Position numbers and translations under genes: made by a program. Positions 18,062 through 26,626 of a stretch of DNA of 51,535 nucleotides are shown here, one piece after another. Below the pieces are notes generated by a model. It saw nothing but the letters and a program-made list of their open reading frames with translations, ran no database searches and was not told the origin of the DNA. This DNA comes from a virus (taxonomy: Duplodnaviria; Caudoviricetes). Position 1 is the stretch's first letter, and each line of letters opens with the position of its first letter. The DNA is taken from the IMG/VR virus record IMGVR_UViG_3300021411_000008, positions 1 to 51,535 of that record. The stretch is one strand, 5' to 3'.

Positions 18062-18490
18062 TCAAGTTTGGTTTTCGCCCGTCGGAGTTTCGTCAACTGG
18101 CGTTTCCGGAGTCGCCGGGACTTCCGGCTCAACTGGCGGAGCGGGCTCTTCCGGTACAACAGGTGGTTCAACCGGCGGAGTCGTGTTTGCCGCGTCAATT
18201 GCGCCCTTGATATCCGCTTGAGCTTGATCGAGCTTATCGGAGGCGGCATTGAAAGCAACATCGTCATGATTCGCGGCAGCGTCCTTCAAATCCTGAACCA
18301 GTTTCCCGATCTCAGCAACACCGGTAGCAACGCTGTCCAATGTTTCCTGAAGTTCGCGAGCGAATCTTTCACTTGCTTCTGACATATCAAAAATCTCCAT
18401 TAGTACGAGGAATATCATATCTCTGAAGGACAATTCCCTCAGATATCTTCGGAGTTTTCTTTCGTGTTCGTCTCTGTTTCTCCTTTCCAC
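18062..18490 (-). CDS. Coiled-coil protein with a Pro/Glu-rich tail
   Basis: 142 aa (alternative start MSEASER), in operon. Confidence 0.55.
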   Translation of the reverse strand: MERRNRDEHERKLRRYLRELSFRDMIFLVLMEIFDMSEASERFARELQETLDSVATGVAEIGKLVQDLKDAAANHDDVAFNAASDKLDQAQADIKGAIDAANTTPPVEPPVVPEEPAPPVEPEVPATPETPVDETPTGENQT

Positions 18491-18684
18491 TGTTCCAGCC
18501 TTTCTCTGCTTTCGTAATGACCCGGCATTGGATCACCACATATTCGACCGGTTAAATCTCTCCGATCAATTGCGTAATTGATGAACACACAGTCTTCAAT
18601 CATAGCACGCAATTTTTTGTCGATACGCTCAGCGCGACTGCCGCGCTTTATATATTTCGTGTACGTATATCCTTTCGCAGGCAT
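18439..18684 (-). CDS. Small basic hypothetical protein
   Basis: 81 aa, strong RBS GGAGG. Confidence 0.5.
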   Translation of the reverse strand: MPAKGYTYTKYIKRGSRAERIDKKLRAMIEDCVFINYAIDRRDLTGRICGDPMPGHYESRERLEQWKGETETNTKENSEDI

Positions 18685-18693
18685 AACTACCTC

Positions 18694-19407
18694 CTACGCT
18701 TCATTAACCGAAATGATACCGCCTTTCGCTTTTGGAAGGTAAATTTCTTCCGGTATCGCTATCGAAAGCGGCCACCTGCAACCGAGCAGGCGATCTGTCT
18801 TTATCGGTGTGACAGAAACTGAATTTGATTGATTGCCACCGAGGCAATATAGCACGCCGGGACCTTGCCCAACTACGAATGTCACATGGCCATCGATTCC
18901 ATTTGTCCCCCGCTCAAACACCGCAATCGCACCGAACCGGGGTTTTGTTTCCCTGCCAAACTTCATCCAATTCCGTGCAAGATACGGATTCGCAGGGAGA
19001 AATTCCTTCGGCAACGTAACCGCGACGCAGGTTTCAACAAAATCTCCGCACCACGGGAACACAGCCGGATCACCGAGCGCATGGCCATCCGATTTCAAGA
19101 ACGTCCTCAACGCCGCGTTGTTCGTCTTCTCATTCAAACCCTTCTTCTGAACCGCCATATCCAACCACGGAACACTCGTCAACGGCGACGCTTTCACTTC
19201 CGCTTCCGCGCGGGTAATACCGAACAAAATCTTGATCGTCTTCGGTCCGGCGATCCCATCAATATCCAGCCCCGGATGTTGGACTTGAAACATCCGAATA
19301 GCGTTCATCGTCTGACGGCCCATAAGCCCATCAATCGGTCCGGGATTGAAACCTGTCCCGGTTAATTTCGCCTGAATTTCCGCGACAGTATAAGCTTTAT
19401 CAGCCAT
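18694..19407 (-). CDS. Endolysin: PG-binding domain plus TIGR02594-like (NlpC/P60/CHAP) peptidase
   Basis: GPIDGLMGRQT...IDGIAGPKT PG-binding repeats; PWCGDFV catalytic Cys, GHVTFV His, LGGNQSNSV. Confidence 0.88.
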   Translation of the reverse strand: MADKAYTVAEIQAKLTGTGFNPGPIDGLMGRQTMNAIRMFQVQHPGLDIDGIAGPKTIKILFGITRAEAEVKASPLTSVPWLDMAVQKKGLNEKTNNAALRTFLKSDGHALGDPAVFPWCGDFVETCVAVTLPKEFLPANPYLARNWMKFGRETKPRFGAIAVFERGTNGIDGHVTFVVGQGPGVLYCLGGNQSNSVSVTPIKTDRLLGCRWPLSIAIPEEIYLPKAKGGIISVNEA

Positions 19408-19693
19408 CGTTTGCGTCTCCGTTGTAGGTAACTTTCTCCAACAGCACTTGAGCAAATGCTCCGTTCTGTTTCGTCATTTCGTTGCGGAACGATTCCACCG
19501 CCGCGCCGGTCTGACGCGATTGTTGAGCATTCTCAACCAACAAAAACGGCAACCACGCTACCGCGCAATTATACTCGTCCACTTCGGCGCCAGTATTCGG
19601 ATTTTTGCCCTGAAGTTTGATAAACCAAAGGCACTCCAATTTCTTACACGGTCCCTTTACCAAAGGACAAAATGTAGCTTGTTCAAGTTGCAT
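19400..19693 (-). CDS. Cys-rich conserved phage protein (tail-fibre associated)
   Basis: CPL..PC...C.W...G.NP.TG...C...W.P.L.VEN....RQTGAAVESFRNEM; follows a His-rich fibre. Confidence 0.6.
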   Translation of the reverse strand: MQLEQATFCPLVKGPCKKLECLWFIKLQGKNPNTGAEVDEYNCAVAWLPFLLVENAQQSRQTGAAVESFRNEMTKQNGAFAQVLLEKVTYNGDANDG

Positions 19694-19702
19694 CTGACTC
19701 TC

Positions 19703-20521
19703 CTAATCCAACGAACATATAATTGCGTCAACGTACTTCACCGCGAAGTCCATCGCTGTTCCTGTAAACGTATGATTGTGTGCAGTACCGGAACCGGCGT
19801 TAGCGGTCTGACCGGAGATTGTCACAGCGTGCGTGTGATTTGCGCTAATGCCGCCAGTGCTGCCCGATACTCCATGTATGTGGTCAGCACTTTCAGTACC
19901 GCTCTGGTGAGTATAGCCACCACCGTTAACAGTATAGTCACCTTCACCACTCGTATCGTGCGACAAATTCGTCAAGAACGGGCCATAGATACTATGCGAG
20001 TGTGCCGCGCTTCTACCACCAGAGTTCGCACTGAAAAAGTGTGTATGATCCGAGCTAACTGTGCCGGTATTAAAAGCTCCCTGCTGCGTATGCGAGTGCA
20101 CAGGAAGATCAGCAATGGCAAGCGAATAGGCACTATTCGCTCCCGCTGGTGTCCTACTCGCAAAAGCGGTCGTAAAATTCGCCGTCCCGCCTCCTGTTCC
20201 ACCACTAACACCGCTTACAACCCTAAGCGCGCCGTTATCAATCGCGACAGATTTCGTCCAGCCCGTGGGAGCCGCTGCCTGCACAAACAGCATCTTTGTC
20301 ACACCGCCAGTCGCGAACACAATCGCTTTTGTTCCCGCAACCGCTAACGCATTCAATTGCGCCTGCGTAGCGATCATCGCGCCTGTAAGATTCGGAAACG
20401 TATTCTTCAACGTCGTTTTAATCAACCGAAGATGATCATCACCCTGCGACTTCGGATCGGTAGGACCGGAAGGATTAGCAACCACCAACCCGTCAATATA
20501 TAGTGCTGTTTCGAGTGACAT
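19703..20521 (-). CDS. Short tail fibre with His-x-His repeats
   Basis: N-terminal GDDHLRLIK..LKNTFPN anchor, collar-like APTGW, and multiple HSH/HTH/HIH/HNH motifs. Confidence 0.78.
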   Translation of the reverse strand: MSLETALYIDGLVVANPSGPTDPKSQGDDHLRLIKTTLKNTFPNLTGAMIATQAQLNALAVAGTKAIVFATGGVTKMLFVQAAAPTGWTKSVAIDNGALRVVSGVSGGTGGGTANFTTAFASRTPAGANSAYSLAIADLPVHSHTQQGAFNTGTVSSDHTHFFSANSGGRSAAHSHSIYGPFLTNLSHDTSGEGDYTVNGGGYTHQSGTESADHIHGVSGSTGGISANHTHAVTISGQTANAGSGTAHNHTFTGTAMDFAVKYVDAIICSLD

Positions 20522-21153
20522 TAATCTTCTCCGCCAATGATCCGCCGCGTTCCAGCTTCATCCTGCGCCGTGCTTTGCTGATTAATCTTCTCAGTCCCCG
20601 CAGCGGCTAACGCACCAAACACTTCCATCGCGGCTTTATCCCGTAACCCCGTCGCGATGAGCAATCCCGTCCGACCGATAATAATATCGCTGTTATATTT
20701 CAGCCAAGCATTCTCGATATTCGTGTTTAAGCTCAACGCGCGCGCATAGTAGGAAAGATACACCGTCAAAATCTCCACCGGAGTCGGGATCAATTTCCAC
20801 TGCTCGCCAATTTCCGCATATCCTGCTGGCGCCTCAGCCATCGCATACCGCGCCGTTAGATAGCTTTCTGAATCCTTGATCAAATTAACTCGATAATTAC
20901 CTTCAGTATTCGTATAAACCAAATAAAGCGGGTCTTCATCCCACTCACGTATGAAATCCACCGGCTTATTAATGAACGGATTGCCGGGACTTGTAGCAAT
21001 TCCCACCGAATTCCGCCTCAAAAACCATGGCAGAGTCGCATCGCTCTCCAACTGCGATTGCACATTCTTCATCTGCTCGACAATAGTCGTATCAAGCGTC
21101 TTTCGAAACCCGAGCAACAACTTTATCTGTGCAACCGCTTCATCCCGAGTCAT
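20521..21153 (-). CDS. Head-to-tail adaptor
   Basis: 210 aa, helical ends with a beta core (PVDF, LIPTP, Y.YY, NAWL); downstream of the capsid. Confidence 0.65.
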   Translation of the reverse strand: MTRDEAVAQIKLLLGFRKTLDTTIVEQMKNVQSQLESDATLPWFLRRNSVGIATSPGNPFINKPVDFIREWDEDPLYLVYTNTEGNYRVNLIKDSESYLTARYAMAEAPAGYAEIGEQWKLIPTPVEILTVYLSYYARALSLNTNIENAWLKYNSDIIIGRTGLLIATGLRDKAAMEVFGALAAAGTEKINQQSTAQDEAGTRRIIGGED

Positions 21154-21468
21154 TTAATCGTCCTCTTCCATTTCCGAATCTTTCGCAAGCTCACGAATGC
21201 CTTTCGCCTGCTCATCAGCAGAAACGGATATTTTCCGCTCTTCAACTTTTATCCCAATACGGGGAGGACTATAGCCGGAATCGGTTGGGGCAGAAAGGTC
21301 GGTTACAGTTCCGCACAGTGTAATTTCCACGTAGTCGCCGAGTCGAGCTTTCTTGATATCCTTCAACTCCATATGAATGCTTTCACGCTCCATGAAGTCA
21401 GGCATCCCGATCGCTCCGACAACTTCGGTAGTTACTTTATCTTTCGCCTTCTTCGACTTATCGGCCAT
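21154..21468 (-). CDS. Small head-associated hypothetical protein
   Basis: 104 aa between capsid and adaptor. Confidence 0.5.
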   Translation of the reverse strand: MADKSKKAKDKVTTEVVGAIGMPDFMERESIHMELKDIKKARLGDYVEITLCGTVTDLSAPTDSGYSPPRIGIKVEERKISVSADEQAKGIRELAKDSEMEEDD

Positions 21469-21479
21469 AGTCCTTATCC

Positions 21480-21563
21480 CTATTTCTTCCCGCCCTTACC
21501 AGCAGGATATCCGGGTTTTCCGGAACCTTTTGGAGGGAAGGGTTTCTTCGGAGGCTTTGCCAA
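21480..21563 (-). CDS. 27-aa basic Lys/Pro/Gly peptide (not in ORF track)
   Basis: RBS AGGAGAG plus TTG start; MAKPPKKPFPPKGSGKPGYPAGKGGKK*; fills the gap exactly. Confidence 0.55.
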   Translation of the reverse strand: MAKPPKKPFPPKGSGKPGYPAGKGGKK

Positions 21564-21580
21564 TTCACTCTCCTATAATA

Positions 21581-21604
21581 CGAGGGGGCGAAATTACCCC
21601 CTCG
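21581..21604 (-). terminator. Hairpin downstream of the major capsid gene
   Basis: CGAGGGGG / CCCCCTCG stem followed on the minus strand by TATTAT. Confidence 0.6.
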
Positions 21605-21621
21605 AGTGCTACTGCACTATC

Positions 21622-22869
21622 TTAGCCGGGCGCTTGGTCGAGCCCGCCAATCCAACCCATGGTTAGACCACCATGCCAGACTTCCAGCCCAGCTTCAGTC
21701 ATCCATAGGCCCTTCTGAGTATCCTCATCATTGTGCTGCACGTTGTCCTTGAACTTCGTGTCGCGATTTTTCATCGGCCGCCATTTCAGCGCCGAGAAAT
21801 CCATGATGAGCATCGAATTACGATACAAGCTGTTGCGGTTCATGAGTGGATGAACCTTAAACAGTATCCGCCCAAGCGGCGTAACCATCTCGGTAAAATT
21901 CACTCCGAAAACGCTTTCCTTGTTGTTGTAATTGATGTTGATCGCAGACTGCCCAGTTCCCTGGATCATACGGGCATTGAACGCATTGAGCGCTCCCTGC
22001 CCGACGAACGCAATCCGCGTATCACCGGCTTCAGTATCGAAGTCAAAAATCGGCGACACTGCAGCCAGAAGATCACTCAAATCATACGGAGCCGTGAAGA
22101 TCGTCGTATTACCGGCAGCAATGAACTTCCGGATACCATCCGTCGTCCTCTGCGGTTTGCCGTTAATTCCGACCGTTTCCGACTTCTGCCCGAAGAGAAT
22201 CGCCATCTCGATTGCGCGAGCGTGGTCGAAAGCCTTCCGCTTCTTGTCGTTCTTCACAGGATCGCCGGTCCGAGTTTTGGTCTCAGTCGCCGTTCCTGTC
22301 AGTTCGTATGTATCCTTGAAAATCTGCGTGAAGTTCGAGTACTTGATAGGATTACGGGAGTTCGCCAGAGGCGCCCGCGTACCTTCCGCGTAGGACGAAC
22401 CGATCAGCAATAGAAACTGATCATCGGCGATGTTAGCCGCCGTAGTTCCCGCCGCACCGCGCACGACTGTAAAAGTCGTATCCGACGCAACCGAAACAAC
22501 ACGCATTACTTCCGGTGCAAAAGTCACCGTATCAGCGAGCGGCTCAACCATGAGCAGATCGCCTTCCTTCAGATGCGATGCAACACCCCAGTTATTCTTG
22601 GGAGCAGCTGCACTTGGATCAGCCGAGTCGACAACAACCGTCGTCGCCGCAGCAAGAATCGCGCCGTTCATATGAAGCCGCACGATATCGTTTGGTTCAG
22701 TCCACCAAGAGAACTCGGGATCATCCGTGCTCTCCTTACCAATCCGCGCCGTGAGCGCGAAAATCGGTGTCTGACCATTCGGGTTCCGCCAGAGAATCAA
22801 CTCGCGGAAATTCTTGGGACGTTCGTCAGTGCCCCAATCACCTGTACCTCTAAGACCAGCAACGGCCAT
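21622..22869 (-). CDS. Major capsid protein (SU10/DUF5309-like, HK97 fold)
   Basis: 415 aa after the scaffold; NFTQIFKD, AIEMAILFG, TTDGI, TEAGLEV; strong codon bias. Confidence 0.85.
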   Translation of the reverse strand: MAVAGLRGTGDWGTDERPKNFRELILWRNPNGQTPIFALTARIGKESTDDPEFSWWTEPNDIVRLHMNGAILAAATTVVVDSADPSAAAPKNNWGVASHLKEGDLLMVEPLADTVTFAPEVMRVVSVASDTTFTVVRGAAGTTAANIADDQFLLLIGSSYAEGTRAPLANSRNPIKYSNFTQIFKDTYELTGTATETKTRTGDPVKNDKKRKAFDHARAIEMAILFGQKSETVGINGKPQRTTDGIRKFIAAGNTTIFTAPYDLSDLLAAVSPIFDFDTEAGDTRIAFVGQGALNAFNARMIQGTGQSAININYNNKESVFGVNFTEMVTPLGRILFKVHPLMNRNSLYRNSMLIMDFSALKWRPMKNRDTKFKDNVQHNDEDTQKGLWMTEAGLEVWHGGLTMGWIGGLDQAPG

Positions 22870-22881
22870 AATAAGCTCCTG

Positions 22882-23973
22882 TTAATCTGTGTCGAAGTCC
22901 TCATCGAACTGATCGTTGAGGCTTTCGAATGGGTTTTTCGGAGGCGGAGCTGCTCCCGTGCTTGGAGGAGTAGCAGCTGCCGGTTTAAACGGCTTCACAG
23001 GAACTGTTGGCGTAGCGCCATTCCCGTTAACCATTCCCGGCATCGGCTTCCTCAAAGTAACCATCGCCGCAGCCCCGACTTCGTTGATAAAATCATCAAC
23101 GGTTGCTCCGGGATTGTTTTGACGGTACGCTGAACCAAGTCGCAATACAACGTCGCCATGTTCTTTCAAATCAGGCCAACGTTCATAAAACGTGACTTCA
23201 CGCGCATCGCCGTCCTTGTTCCGAGCTAGAACTTCGTTCACCAATCTCGGAAAATTCGCATTGACTTGCGCCATAGTCGCGGTCACAGCATCAAGATACA
23301 CCCTCGCGGCGTATTTAGGTAGGAACTCGACTGGATTTAAATCCATCTCGTCCACTTCCTCCTGCGTCATCTTATAATGTGTCTTCGCCAGAACATCCTC
23401 AGTTTGAGTTCTCCAGTTCCGATAGTATTCAGTGACCTGTTCAGGAGTTGGCGCTGCTTCCGGAGTTGGCGCAACGATAGGCTGTTGAACCGGTTCTGGT
23501 TGCTGCACCGGGGCGGCGGCTTTCGGCGTTCCATCTGCATTAAGCTCTGGTGCCACAATAGCAGGCGGCGTTATCGGAGTTTGCTCCTTTGCCGTGCCAT
23601 CGGGATTCAAACCCTTTGCAACGTTGCTGGCCTCTAGTTCGCTCTGAGCGGGAGTTTTACCGGCTGCTTGCACAACCTCTCCTGCGGGAGTAGCGGGCTT
23701 CGCAGCCGGAGCTTTCGCACCTTCCACAAAATCCTCATCGTCAGTTTCGTCCAACCGATCGGTCATATCGGACATAAAATCCGCATTGGCCTTTTCCTGC
23801 GGAGTCATAATATTCGCAGCATCATCCTCCGCATCATGCATCGGAACATCGTCGGGGTCTTTCCCCGCAGCGTTGCTCTTTACTTGAGTATCGGTACCAT
23901 CAGTATTCGAATCGATCGCATTTGCGGCCGACTCATCGATCTCTTCTTTAATCGTCGTCTTCGAATTGGGCAT
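22882..23973 (-). CDS. Scaffolding protein
   Basis: Acidic/Pro-rich N-half, helical C-half, directly upstream of the capsid gene. Confidence 0.7.
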   Translation of the reverse strand: MPNSKTTIKEEIDESAANAIDSNTDGTDTQVKSNAAGKDPDDVPMHDAEDDAANIMTPQEKANADFMSDMTDRLDETDDEDFVEGAKAPAAKPATPAGEVVQAAGKTPAQSELEASNVAKGLNPDGTAKEQTPITPPAIVAPELNADGTPKAAAPVQQPEPVQQPIVAPTPEAAPTPEQVTEYYRNWRTQTEDVLAKTHYKMTQEEVDEMDLNPVEFLPKYAARVYLDAVTATMAQVNANFPRLVNEVLARNKDGDAREVTFYERWPDLKEHGDVVLRLGSAYRQNNPGATVDDFINEVGAAAMVTLRKPMPGMVNGNGATPTVPVKPFKPAAATPPSTGAAPPPKNPFESLNDQFDEDFDTD

Positions 23974-24304
23974 TTTCTATCTCCACTTCCTTGTCATGTT
24001 CTTCATAAACATGAGCCGATTCAACAAATCCCTTTGCACCTTCTAGCAACGCCTCTGGCATTTCTATCACGACTCTAAAAGTCGCCACTTCTCCGGCTAC
24101 ATAGGTCCGCATTATAATGTCATCCGCGCTCGTTGGCATTTGCAGAACCTGCTTCATTCGCAGATCAAATTGCTCTTGCAACAACTCACGGAAGAATTCG
24201 AAACTTGGCATGCCTATCAAAACCTGCATAGCATCCTTGAGTTTCGAATGATAAGCCAGAAGCTTTGCATTTTCAGCATCTGGATTTATAATTTGTTCGG
24301 TCAT
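23948..24304 (-). CDS. Small helical head-assembly protein
   Basis: 118 aa between portal and scaffold. Confidence 0.5.
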   Translation of the reverse strand: MTEQIINPDAENAKLLAYHSKLKDAMQVLIGMPSFEFFRELLQEQFDLRMKQVLQMPTSADDIIMRTYVAGEVATFRVVIEMPEALLEGAKGFVESAHVYEEHDKEVEIENAQFEDDD

Positions 24305-26277
24305 CCTGTCGCTCCCATATTAGGCAACTGCGCCGGTTCGTTTGGATTTGCATTCGGACCTCCGCCGCCACCAAGCGGGATGATATTGCCCTTCTGCACT
24401 TGCCCCGGAATCTGCTGTTCCTGCCCGGGAGTCATAACCTGCGGCTTCATCTTGAATTGATTGATATTCTTCAACCCGGCAAGCTGAGCAACCCACGCGA
24501 AAATCCTCGGCACATCATATCCCGCCGCAAGTTCTGGCATTGTGCGCAATTGCCCGAGCAATTCCTTCCACAAGTTTGCCTGTGCAAATCGATCGATAGG
24601 AAGAACTCCGTCGACCGGCACAAAATCATAAAATCCGCTAATCGTATCCGGATTGACTTGAATAAACGAGTTTCCCGCATCTTGCGCTAGGTCTCCCACG
24701 AGCTTAAACTTCATATCCGCATCATAATACTGCTGCGAATTCTGCACAATCATCTGACTCATGGGACCCCAGCCCATCGCGCTGAAGAATTCGGCGTTAG
24801 TCTTGAGACGATTAACACCAAACGTGGAGGCACTGCGAACTTCAGTGGCAGTTTTCCGCCCGCTTCCCTGCAACACTCCCATGAGCTGGTCATTCACGCC
24901 CACAGCGCGTTGACCAATTTCGAGCATAACCTGCATATCGCGAACATGCGACTGCGTCACGTCCATTGCCTGAAGCTGCTTGATCGCCTGAGCGGGGTCA
25001 GAATTATACCCCGCCGGTTTCATTCGAATAATCCCGCCCGGCTGTGGGTCGAGCAAATCCATCATCGTTATTCTGCTTGGATCCACAACATATTGACCGT
25101 TGAGTATCTTGCGGACATTATAGAAATGAGAGTTGATAAGCCAATCGACTGTATTTTGCACAGGCTCGAGGATTTCAGGCATTCCGCGCGATACCAGCGC
25201 GTAAGCGTCCGGCTCAAGTTCGATAAGATTAAATGGGAATCGATCATGGTTTGCACCAAGCGGCTGAGCCCCGATGCAAACTTGGAACTTGTTATCGAGG
25301 GTAAATACCCACTTCTCAGGAAGTTCGCCCTTGCCGAGTTTCCACTCTGAAGGAATAAGGTCAATGTAGCACTCCACGAGCGCGAGGGTACTATTTTCAC
25401 CTGTGAGCTTCTTGCTATCGATCTTTCCCAACGCAAAGCTTGCAGCAGTGGGCTCATTGCTAGTTTTGCTTCCGCCGGAACCGTTGCCGTCCACATCGAA
25501 TGAACTCCCTGTGCCTTTATTACCTGCCAGCTTCTTAAGCTCATCTATATTTGTGTAGTATCCTTGATCCTCTCGCTTGAGTATGGTATTCCATCCAAGC
25601 TTACGGTCAACCGCGCAGAACTCGCCCTTCTGGAAATCAAGCAGTGGGACTCGAGGATCGGGAAAAAAGTCGTAGGGCTTGACGTTGTAGTTTTTGTTCC
25701 CTTGGTAGCCGGGAATCCGCCGAGTGGTTTTGACTTTTTTAAATGTCCCTGTTTTAATAATTCCAAGAAACATTTCTTCTCGTTCAACGATCTCCGAGAC
25801 ATTGGCGAACTCTTCCTCCCAATAATTTCCTAACACTCCGCAGCCATATTTCCCCACATCAAACAACCAGCAATACCACGGCACGAGCATCTCACCGACC
25901 TGAACCTGATAATCGACGAGCGCTTCTAGCGCTTGGATTTGCTGCTCTGTCTCGCCATGTCTTCCTGTATATTGCAGGACAGGCGCACGAGACATGAACA
26001 CAGTCGTCCAGTACGTGTGAGACGCCATGAGCACCCCGTAGGAATAGGGCACTTGAATTGTTGTATATTGTGGCGCACCGCCCTTTCTGCGATTATCTCT
26101 AAGCTTGTCAACTTCCTTTTCGTGGATATATCCGGTTGCCGCATCGTCCGCCTTCCTCCATTTATCATGCCGATTTTGATACGTGTTTTTGCTCGCAGTC
26201 ACGCGCTCTCTCACAGCATCGCAAATCCGCTTATGCTGCTTGCCATTGAACTTAATGTCGATCGTTAAACTCGGCAT
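24301..26277 (-). CDS. Portal protein
   Basis: 658 aa after TerL; KYGCGV, DFFPDP, GMPEILEPVQ, RKTATEV, Gln/Pro-rich tail. Confidence 0.85.
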   Translation of the reverse strand: MPSLTIDIKFNGKQHKRICDAVRERVTASKNTYQNRHDKWRKADDAATGYIHEKEVDKLRDNRRKGGAPQYTTIQVPYSYGVLMASHTYWTTVFMSRAPVLQYTGRHGETEQQIQALEALVDYQVQVGEMLVPWYCWLFDVGKYGCGVLGNYWEEEFANVSEIVEREEMFLGIIKTGTFKKVKTTRRIPGYQGNKNYNVKPYDFFPDPRVPLLDFQKGEFCAVDRKLGWNTILKREDQGYYTNIDELKKLAGNKGTGSSFDVDGNGSGGSKTSNEPTAASFALGKIDSKKLTGENSTLALVECYIDLIPSEWKLGKGELPEKWVFTLDNKFQVCIGAQPLGANHDRFPFNLIELEPDAYALVSRGMPEILEPVQNTVDWLINSHFYNVRKILNGQYVVDPSRITMMDLLDPQPGGIIRMKPAGYNSDPAQAIKQLQAMDVTQSHVRDMQVMLEIGQRAVGVNDQLMGVLQGSGRKTATEVRSASTFGVNRLKTNAEFFSAMGWGPMSQMIVQNSQQYYDADMKFKLVGDLAQDAGNSFIQVNPDTISGFYDFVPVDGVLPIDRFAQANLWKELLGQLRTMPELAAGYDVPRIFAWVAQLAGLKNINQFKMKPQVMTPGQEQQIPGQVQKGNIIPLGGGGGPNANPNEPAQLPNMGATG

Positions 26278-26450
26278 TACGGCAAATCCTTTTTCATATG
26301 TTCGCCAATAGCGAGTCCCATCTCATCACCCATATCACCTGTGCGCCGAGAGGCGCAGCCCATGACATTGGCGATAGCATAGGCGAACAATATCCACGCG
26401 CACACTATCACGAGATATTTTAAAGTGTTTGAACCCATCCGCTCGTTCAT
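26277..26450 (-). CDS. 57-aa putative lipoprotein (not in ORF track)
   Basis: MNERMGSNTLKYLVIVCAWILFAYAIANVMG-C...; ATGA and TAATG coupling to its neighbours. Confidence 0.55.
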   Translation of the reverse strand: MNERMGSNTLKYLVIVCAWILFAYAIANVMGCASRRTGDMGDEMGLAIGEHMKKDLP

Positions 26451-26626
26451 CTCGATATCTCATATTCTGGCGCGGGACCGATCTTGACTTCATCGCCGAG
26501 CGCATACTGCTCATCATCATCTTCCGGCAATGTTAGCGTCAGCCCCGCGCGCAGCCTTACTCCGAGAAACGTATCCACACCATCTCGGAAGCGCTTTTCA
26601 GTAAAAATCTGAGCATGTCTAATCAC
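26447..26626 (-). CDS. 59-aa hypothetical protein (not in ORF track)
   Basis: GTG overlaps the TerL stop and TGA overlaps the next ATG; MIRHAQIFTEKRF...EISR*. Confidence 0.5.
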   Translation of the reverse strand: MIRHAQIFTEKRFRDGVDTFLGVRLRAGLTLTLPEDDDEQYALGDEVKIGPAPEYEISR

